This document shows positions 54,676 to 64,000 of a stretch of DNA of 64,000 nt, one piece after another; the stretch's first letter is position 1; each line of letters opens with the position of its first letter. The DNA comes from Flaccisagitta enflata. Lineage: Eukaryota. Made by a program: the position numbers and the translations under genes. The stretch spans positions 16,554,001 to 16,618,000 of the forward strand of contig OZ231126.1 in assembly GCA_965153355.1 (NCBI GenBank), given 5' to 3'. The notes below the pieces were generated by a model. The model saw only the letters and a program-made list of their open reading frames with translations, made no database searches and was not told the origin of the DNA.

Positions 54676-55258
54676 GAGAATCAGTAAATGAAAACTCAAC
54701 TGCATCGGATATGCAGGACCAATCTATGAACCAGTCTCCCAGTAGTAGGTGAGTATCATCGGCATGGCAATCAAGTTCGGAAAGCGGTGCGTTCTTTTTT
54801 TTCACATCGTAGCCTAATCTCGACGCTAGCCGGTTAAAGTAGTCTTATTTCGGCCTGCGGAGAGATTTGGCCAAAACGTGTCTCTCATCGATTTAACCAA
54901 TCACTACAAAATTATTCCACCGAGGACTATCATCATAAATAATAACACGCTAGCTGAACAGGGGTGGAGAGGACGAAAGGGATCGCAAATGAGAAGATAA
55001 GAGTAATATCAGTATTCGCGTCGGAAGTATTCGATGACAATTTTTTCAATTAAGGTCGTTGACCGAAAAAACACGTGGGTCGAAATGAGAAAATAATGAA
55101 CAAAACCTCTTCACTGAAACCTCACGGTAGTCATAGACGAAACAAAAGAGCCCACACGTGGTCCACTCCAACAAAACTAGACAGGTAGAGACACAAAGCA
55201 CGCGTGATTGAAGTTGCCGCGTGTTTGCGAAAATGATTGTCGCAATGCAACAGTCGGA

Positions 55259-56051
55259 GGTGCCGATTCGATCAGGCTGCCGCGTAGCATAAAAAATCTG
55301 GCAAAAGCTGCCGCACTTTTGTTAAATTCTTAGGCTTTTTACCATATGAAGGCTTTTCCCCTCCCAAAAGTCTCTTCCCCTTATGTCTACAAACTGCTCA
55401 CTTTTAAGGGGCGGCATTCGCAATCCCCTCCACAATCCACATTCCAAAGAAAATTCTCAGCTCTCTTAACAACTTCTAGTTGCTAGCTTAGTGATGACAT
55501 AAAAAGTCCGAGCCGGGGCCTGGTGCCGGGGTCCTTCACCCAGTCGGTGGTCTTGGCCTCAGGGCTGCCAACACGCATCCTCTGCCACAGAGGTAAGAGC
55601 GTTGTATCCATTCCGAATTCTTCTCAAAATTTTTTTGTATGTTCATCCCTTCTGACAAAATGAGGCTGTGCTAAGAAGTTGGATATTTTTTAAATATATT
55701 CGTTCATACTTGCTTACTCGTAAGGTTAATACGTTTTTTCTTTAGTCATCAGAATGGCGAAATTTTTGAGACTGAGAAAGGTTCTTTTTTTGTTTAAAGA
55801 AGATTTTGGCGTGCATATTTAAAAAAACTGCAATATGCAAATGAGGTTTTTATCCACTGAGACTAGAAATGAAATAGTAGTGATTCGAGGAATATGCAAT
55901 TACCTGTGCAAGTGTTGGTTCCTCTCTTCCTTCCTTCCTTTCTGGCCCTTTTACCTTCACTACCCCCCCCCCCCCCGACTGGCCGTAACTGCCGCACATT
56001 GGCGATTATCTGCCGCGTAGCATTGCTACGATGCTACACAGAATCGGCACC
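55259..56051. mobile_element. Non-autonomous TIR element with TGCCGC/GTAGCA subterminal motifs
   Basis: Ends GGTGCCGATTC / GAATCGGCACC, flanked by the direct repeat TCGGA (55254-55258 and 56052-56056). Superfamily unresolved. Confidence 0.7.
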
Positions 56052-56672
56052 TCGGATTAATTTATTGCAACTGTAGCAAAACCCAGTACCATTATATTGA
56101 ATACAAGCCTCGATAAAAGTCACCATGTAGGCCATTGTAGAGGCAAAGGACAGATCATACAAAGCAGGTACTAATAAAGTTACGATATTAATTCAGTCCA
56201 TCCAGCGATTAGATAACTTATGACTGAAAGACATGCTCATTTATTCATCCATGAGAAAGTCCATTTAAAACCAGATGTGACAAACCATGAACAAAGTGGT
56301 GGGGGAAGAGGTGACCGTTGCTTAGAGAAAGCATCTTTTATCGGATGTGACAAACTATGAGTATGAACAAAGAGAGTAAATAGACCGGAGATAAAGAGAG
56401 GCAGGGAGAAAGTCTCTTGGGGAAAAACCTTTAATATAAGAGATGGAAAACCATGAACTAAGCGAATAAATGGAGGATCAATACAAGCGGAGAGTGAGAG
56501 GGACAGGATGGAAGACGGCTAGGAGTCGCTTGAGGGAAAACGGCATGAGAAGTAAATGCGCTTGGTTTCCCTTCACCTAGTGTTGCCTCTCTGGCGTTAA
56601 AACGGTGACAAGTCAGGGTCAAAGATTAGAGCAAACAGAAACGTGTGAACCCAAACACACTGCTGGCCAGTA

Positions 56673-57279
56673 ACCTTGGGGAAATAAAAAATGGCGGATT
56701 TTGGAAAACTATTCTTATGTACCTTAAATTGAAAAAAAACTATAAAAAATCGGTGACCAATGTAAAGCTCTGCGAATGATCTTTAAAATGAGACGTTGCT
56801 GGTTGTCCTAACTTTATCCGTTTAGAAATGGCATTGGAAAGAAGACAGGTTGTCACGAATTTGAGAAATTCACTCCAGATATGCGTGTTTTATGTTTGTT
56901 GTTACATAGAAACTAAACGCATTGAGTAAAAAATTCGTTCTTGGCGCCATTTTGAAGAAAATTCGAAGCTCTTTAATTTGCTCATGGATATCATGTAGCT
57001 GTGACAATTCTGAATTGCATTATTGAGAAAAACGTTGAGACAATAATTACTAGTAGAAAAAAAGACGATATTTGTCCTTTTTCCAATCAGTGATATTTTT
57101 CTTCAAACTTATGCCATTTCTATACGAATAAAGCTAGGAATGCCAGAAACGACTCAAATGAAAGATCTTTCGAAGGGCTTTCCGGGCATCACCAATTTCA
57201 ATCCATTTTTCTTATGCTATGGTTCAAAAGAAAGCTTTTAATCTTTTTAAAAATCCGCCATTTTTTATTTCCCCAAGGT
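56673..57279. mobile_element. TA-flanked MITE
   Basis: TIR ACCTTGGGGAAATAAAAAATGGCGGATTTT at both ends. Confidence 0.85.
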
Positions 57280-57887
57280 TACACACAACACGGAGGACTA
57301 ATTAAATTACTGCCACTCATTTCAACGCGAATGGCTCGTGGAAAGGCACAAGGAGTCACCACAAACCGACCGGCAATGTCATTTGAATTCAATAGCTACT
57401 TCTAATCCAGGTTGTATTTAACTAGACACATTTACTCATCAACAATGGAACGTGGCAATGAATCTTATAAAAGATGGACGATTGAAAATCACCATCATCT
57501 GAAGCCCCAGTGCGAGTACCCATACGAGTGGGCAGGAGCAAGAAAATTCGCTCTGAAAGATATGGACAGAAAGATAAGCTGAACTTGTTGTACAACTTAG
57601 TGAAAGAGAAACGGAAAAAAATGAAAGCGATTTTTCGTCTATTTCATCAGGCTTTCATTTTTTTCCCCGTTTCTTTTTCACCACGTTGTACAACGAGTTC
57701 AGCTTATCAACATGCCCCAATCAGGTGTGCCAATATGTATAAGGTCTTTTGATCAAACCGTCAACATTAGGGAATGAAAATCAAATTTTAAAACCTTAAA
57801 CATTTTTGTTTTTTTAAAACTTCATTTATCATTTATTTTTAGTTGCGTGCTACCAGACTACCCCGCTATGTCCTTTGGTTGGTCCCC

Positions 57888-58523
57888 TTTTGGGCAGCGG
57901 CCCCGAAGGGGCCGATGACCTATGCTTTCACACATAGGGGAAATTTCTCCTCCTCCTCCTCCTTCTCCTCCTCCTTCTCCCCCCCCCCCCCGCTCAAGGC
58001 CCAAATCCTAGTCTCGAGACCCAAATCCTAGCTTCGAGGCTCAAATCCCCGCTTCAAAGCTCAAATCCCAGCCTTGAGGCTCAAATCCCAGCCTCGAGGC
58101 TCAAATCCCAGCCTTGAGGCTCAAATCCAAGCCTTGAGGCTCAAATCCAAGCCTTGAGGCTCAAATCCCAGTCTCAGGGCACAAATCCCAGCTTTGAAGC
58201 TCAAATCCTAGCCTCAAAGCTCAAATACCAGCTTCCAAGCTCAAATCCCAGCTTCCAAGCTCAAATCCCTGCCCCGAAGCTCAAATCCCAACCTCAAAGC
58301 TCAAATCCCAGCCTTGAAGCTCAAATATCTGCCTTGAAGCTGAAATCCCAGCCTCGGAGCTCAAATCCCAGCCTCAAGGCCCTAATCCAAGCCTCAAGGC
58401 CCAAATAAAAACTGCATAGGTCATCGGCCCCTTCAGGGCCGCTGCCCCTCTAACCACCTCACACCCACATACACTCACATAAGGGCAACGGGTACCGCTG
58501 ACCATCTAACGCTTTTGCGACTA
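57888..58523 (+). mobile_element. Minisatellite-carrying element (20-bp array), same family as 47862-48484
   Basis: Same terminal modules and (GCCTTGAGGCTCAAATCCCA)n. Confidence 0.8.
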
Positions 58524-61500
58524 TTTACTTTTTTTGACCAAACGCTCGAATGACCTTCTCCATCACTGCCCCTGCCCACCTGCTCCACGGCAGGCATATT
58601 GACGAAGTAGAATAAAAAAAATGTCTTCTTACATGGTATACGTTGTTTAAACCGATCTCTACGATTGCCTTGTACAGCAAATAAAAGATTTAAACGTTTG
58701 AACCGATTTTGATTTCTTACTTTTTTTTAGAATTTCTCTTTTTTGTTTCAGAAGCTTGTTCTGCAATCAAAGTCTGTTGAGGTTGAACGTTACTGACAAC
58801 GATGACAACAACAACAACAACGACAACGACGACGATGACGGCGACACCGACACCGACACCGACACCGACGATGACAACGAAGACACACCAACGACGTAAC
58901 ACCGACGACAACAACAACAACAACGACAACAACAACGACAACGATTAAAAGGACGAGGGCGATCTTGACAAAAACGATGAAACCGATCAATCAAAGAGCT
59001 AGAAATTAAGGATGATTGAATGAACTAGTTTTAAGATGAATGAAAGTGTGAACCAATGAATGGATATAATAGTGAATAATGAACGAGTAAGCGCAATGTT
59101 GAAAGATCTCTGTGCACTAACTGTATCTATTTCCTTGATACTATCGGTCTATTCTGCACTACTTGAATGACGTTTTCATCTTTCAAGAGTGCTCATGCTA
59201 GAAATTGAGCAAAGAATCATCGACTAAGTTGACATCGGTGGTAAAAACGTAAATTTGATCCCATTTCGTAAAAGACATATGAATATGGCTGCCGTGGCTC
59301 GCAACTAGGGTAGCCATGTATCCAGCCTTGTTTTTTTAACCTCCATATAGCCCTTAACTTATATATTGCAGAGTTATGATCAAATATTAGAGTAATTAGT
59401 CATAAAGATGCTTATACTTATATTTAATTCAATTCTAAACTTGAAAAAAACTATCTATTTTAGATAATTTAAAAATATACTAAAAAATTTAAAAGTTTTT
59501 AAGTTTTTTTTAAACAAAAACGGGTGCAATCCTCAAAGTATATATTTTTGTCAATCTTCAATTGCGCTTAAAAAAATTAGAAGATCAATCAATCAAAAAA
59601 GATAAAAAAATAGTTTTCAAAATCAATTTTTCTATACTCCTTAAAATTGAACTTTTGCATATTGACACACTCGAATGCCTCAATTATTACAACATTGCAA
59701 TATCCATCGGACTGGAAGATGGCATGTAGAGAAACTTACAAGCGACTGAACAGAATTATTGCTCCAGGGGAGACGAAAAAAGCAACCTTGGCTCCTGCTA
59801 GTTACTTCTGCTAAAACTAGACCGTTTTGTCGCGTGTCGTTGACAGCAATGGTTTGCTTCAGCGTCTCAAAGAAGAAGCTTCCTTTGGTTTAATTTTCTT
59901 TCTTTTTTTTTTTTTGCGGGGGGAAGAATTAAGACCAAGGGATTTTGCATCAGTTGGCGAAAATACTTGAGAGAGGTTTCTGTTAATTACCGACTCAGTG
60001 TCATTTAGTTCAAATTAAACGATTTTGTGTCTGGAAAATTTTTAAAACGAAGCCAACTAGGGAGCTATCTACTGCTTTTATCGTTGTCGGTGGATCAAAC
60101 AATTTTTAATGAAAAAGAGATGGCGGGTGAAAAAGGTTTATCAAACAAACGCCCATTTCTGATATCATACCACGCTTTCAATCAAAATCTGAGTGAAGAA
60201 TCATATAACAGTGGGTTTCTCCGCATTTTTGTGTAGTGTTGGGGTGTGATAACATGTAACTAGCCACACCCCAACCCTACACAACAATGCGGAGAAACCC
60301 ACTGTTATATGATTTTTCACTCAGATTTTGATTGAAACCGCAGTGTCCACTTAAATACTAACAAAGACTTATTCAGGGACATATTGAAAGAAACCATCTT
60401 TCAAATATTGAACAACTATATCCTTTCTACAGATACAACGATTGTAACCAGATGCAATGAAGATTACTATCTCACAAAAGAAAATATATTCCGACCTAAA
60501 GACAAATCCAGAAACATACTGCATATTTTTAAACTTACATTCATAAACAAAACAAATTGAAAAGTTTTTTTAGAGAAAATAATACAATCAATTTAATATC
60601 TGTAGCTTCACCTTAAGGCTGCCTTCCAGCGGATTTTTTTTCTCAGGTTAGAAGATGTTTTCTCAGATAGTAAATTGAACGACATTCAGTGAAGAGAGAC
60701 CTTGTTTTCTTAACGAGATCATTATCCCATTCCCGTTGGTGCAATGCCGCCCGGATGAGATAGGAAGCAGACATGTGCCCGGATGAGATAGGAAGCAGAC
60801 ATGGCTCATATCATTAGGACCATTTTTCTTTTGCCGAGGCACGAGGTTTCCGAGCAAGTAATTAAAAAGAAGTGGAAGCAACCAAATTTGGTCTACCAGG
60901 TTTACCAAAATCTACTCTGTTTGATACATCCTGAGAAAAAAAAATATGAGAATCTAAGATAAAAACCCATGACCAAGTGGATGTGCCCACATCCAACAAC
61001 ACCTCAGCCAGTTTCTCCCAAATCCCAACAACACACTTTTTTTTACCAACACCCTTTTTTTTGGTTTTGCCCGTTTTGCCAAATATATCAACCGATGAAA
61101 AATTTACATGTCTAACCTTAGACGTATCTTCTTCATTTGTCTCTCGATCTCACCACGGTTCTGCAAACCGCGGAAATTATCCAGACACTTGGCAGAGAGC
61201 GAAAAGAATATTTTCTTTCAATGATAAATTGTCAAAGCTTTCCGTCAAATTTCAAAACATTTTCTTTATCAATAGGCTAATAACTATACGCTATGATAAA
61301 TACGAATGGAAGTAGAAAATGGAATTGGAACTCCGCTCCAACGCTCAGAATGTTCGCCCCTTGAAAATACTCCCGTGCAGTTACTTTCCTCCAGAACATT
61401 AGAGAAATCAGAAGCCACTCTTGAAAAACAAGGCCGGATACACGGCAATCCAGTCGCGGACAGTTGGGCAGGAGCAGTAATGCGATGACCGCTTGGAATT

Positions 61501-62717
61501 CAAAAATGTGACGGACCGACGGACCGACCTACCGACCTACCGACCAACACGGCAAGGTGTAGAGTCGCGTGTCCGCGACTAAAAATTGGTCTATTCATGC
61601 AAGTTATCAATTTTGCTCTCATACGCGGTTCAACTTTAAAGATTAAATCTTTCATTAATTTCTTTTTTAGAAACAAAGCTGAAACAAATATGGACCGCCA
61701 AAATAATGATAAAGGAGGATAAAAACTGTTGGCGGTTTTTTGTTTGTCCAAGTTATATATGTATTTTTTGACTATTATCACGGGAATTGATAACACTGAA
61801 AGAGTGGCTTCTGATTTCTCTAATGCAATATGCACATGATTGAAATGAACGAACAAATGGTTATTTTTACGATTGTGAGCTGACATATTATCTGAATATT
61901 GTTGGAGCGAAGCTCAGCAGGTGACGAAGTGATAGTAACAAATCGGTAGCAAAATAGAATCATGGGAAAGATGCCATAAAAAGAAACATCAGCATGAAAT
62001 TTCATATTTCTGCTCACCGTGGGCAAAAAAAAAACCGTTAATGGCGTTTTTTTGTACCTTTGACCATTTTGATTTCAATAGAATCACAAAAATTAAAAGA
62101 TATTTAAAAGTTCATCAAATCTAGACTAGGCAGAAAGTTGCTGATCAACTCGTTAAAAACTGGCAACAGTAGTATCACCAGAAGTATCACCATAATCTGT
62201 TTGTTGAAGGGATTTTGTACTTTCAATTTTGTCTTTATAGTAAATGAAAACATGATTTATAACCTACAAAATAGCGCCAAGCAGCTCTTTTTAAACAATG
62301 ATATTTAGTCCATGAATACACATAAAAATATAATATCTTGCAGACTTCAGTCAAAATTTTGTCCATTGACTTAAATCAGATTTTTTAAACTTAAAGTAAT
62401 TCAAATGGTCACAGATTTTATATATTTTCTAAAAAGGCTTTGCCAATTCATAGTAGAAATAGGCTATATACGGTTTTTCTTGCCCATGGTTACTTTTTCA
62501 ACTGGGTTTTACCAACTGCATCACACTGCATTACGTAAGGCTTAATCAACAATGAAGAAACCCATTATACAATTGACATTCGACCATCATTTTCATTCAA
62601 ATATCAACAACGCTCACACAATCAATACAGAGCTTTGTTAGAGCACCCTCCATAAAGTAAGCAAAGGTTAATATAATCAATTGTGGGTTCTATAGAGTGC
62701 ACAAGAGAAAAACTTAC

Positions 62718-62818
62718 AATTTGTCGTGCCGTAGTATCGAAGGGCAAACCGCGCATGCGTACGATGACCTGATTTCCGTCACCGCGGTCCAAAAACGCCT
62801 TCGTCTCCTCGTCCGTCC
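62718..62818 (-). CDS. ESRP1: ESRP/fusilli exon: N-terminal part of qRRM2 (GTDEETKAFLDRGDGNQVIVRMRGLPFDTTARQI)
   Basis: QVIVRMRGLPF is diagnostic. Acceptor caacag| (phase 1) and donor |GTAAGT (phase 0), in frame with 53568. Can be extended upstream in frame to an ATG at 62936. Confidence 0.93.
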
Positions 62819-64000
62819 CTGTTGTCAGTTTCGACGAGGATGACAACGAGGACGACAACGAGGACGACGACGAGGACGAGGGAGATGATATGGATGGCGC
62901 CAGAGAAGGAGGTGCGATCGCGGAAGGCGTCGACATTTTGATCAGAATTAAAGAGGGAAACGTCGCGGAAGATGGCGTTATTGTTGCCGCCGTTATTTTT
63001 TTCAAAGGGTTGGGGGAGGATAAAAATGAAGAGTTGGAAGAAGATCAAATAGGACAGGGTAAATAAAAGTATCAACGAAAGTTCGAGAAAGGGGGAGGAA
63101 GAAAGGAAAGTTGGAGGTTAAAAAAAAAAACCTGAAAAACTACTCAACTCCCGAGAGGCCGCACGAGATACGACACACAGCGCCTCTTTAACAGATGATC
63201 GTGATGAAGGTCCATTCAATTTACGTTTGCAAGTGAACGCGAATGACGATCGTGAGACCGACGAGCAAACTTTTTGGCAAACTTTCGGCAGTCGATTTTG
63301 AAAAAAAATAAAGACGAGGGAAATTTGTCAAGTTCCGTGTAAAATTTCTAGAATCGAGAAAGAGTTTGCCTGAAGCGTTGCTCGTCCTTGAAGAGTCCCC
63401 CTAAAATTTAACGTCTCAATTATCCACTCTCGCTCTTTCTCTCTCCTTTTCGTTCAAAAGGATTCAGTTTCAGAATTTCACCGACGGCGACTGTCAACCT
63501 CGTTGGTCTCTAGTCGACCTCTTCCCAGTTTCGTCGCCAATTAAACTCACGTGAACTTTCGCTATCTCTCCGTTTCTGTCTCCTTCTCTGTCTCTTTCTC
63601 TCTCTTTCTCTCGCTCGCTCTCTCACTCGCGCTCGTAACTTGGTTATTCAGCCTTCCTATTTGTAGAAAAGAGGAAGAAACTAAAAACAACATTGTTAAA
63701 TAGGTTATGGAAACAAGAGAACCTTATAAAAGAAACACAACAAAAACGAAGATATTTTACGCGGACGAGGTAATCCAGTTATTACGAGGTGACACGGGTT
63801 GTCGGCTGTTGTCAGATGAAGAAAATGAGGAGCAATTGGCAATCCATCCAATATAAAGGAAAGCCACTTAACGTTTCTCTTTTGTATTTGATAACGAAAC
63901 CTCGTAAATAACGTTATATCATACAAGGATTGAGGTCAATCGATGTTGATTTCACGTTCTTTTGCTCTCATAGCTTAAATGCATAAAAGAGTCTCTCTCT

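Noticed and set aside
53818-54805. 295-aa and 190-aa Leu/Ser/Pro ORFs
   Set aside because: They come from a purine-rich intronic minisatellite and low-complexity sequence.

Overview
This is repeat-dense, intron-rich animal (invertebrate-like) genomic DNA. Most long ORFs in the supplied track are microsatellite or minisatellite artefacts. I found the real coding signal by reading splice sites and phases by eye. (1) Seven exons of an ESRP/fusilli splicing regulator lie on the minus strand, but out of order: the RRM2/RRM3 exons (62.8-51.0 kb) are transcriptionally upstream of the pre-RRM1 and RRM1 exons (18.7-18.2 kb). (2) One isolated LATS/Warts kinase exon lies on the plus strand at 32.6 kb. 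(3) A multi-exon SAP-domain gene on the minus strand (about 29.8-20.1 kb) appears decayed, with in-frame stops and two transposon insertions in its last exon. (4) An orphan exon sits at 2.6-2.9 kb. The most striking non-coding structure is a 3.46-kb non-autonomous Transib-type element (37738-41193) with a 5-bp TSD (CCCTT). Its left end looks like a 12-RSS (CACCGTG-12 nt-GCAAAAATG). Its right end carries the exact V(D)J heptamer CACAGTG and is amplified into about 20 tandem 80-bp units. It is inserted into a 122-bp satellite that appears distantly related to the 80-bp unit. The rest is hAT- and Tc1-type MITEs with verifiable TSDs, HINE/DINE-1-like elements, a Tc1 transposase remnant, hairpins and many microsatellites. 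All family assignments come from recalled motifs, not database searches. An assembly misjoin near the satellite block cannot be excluded.
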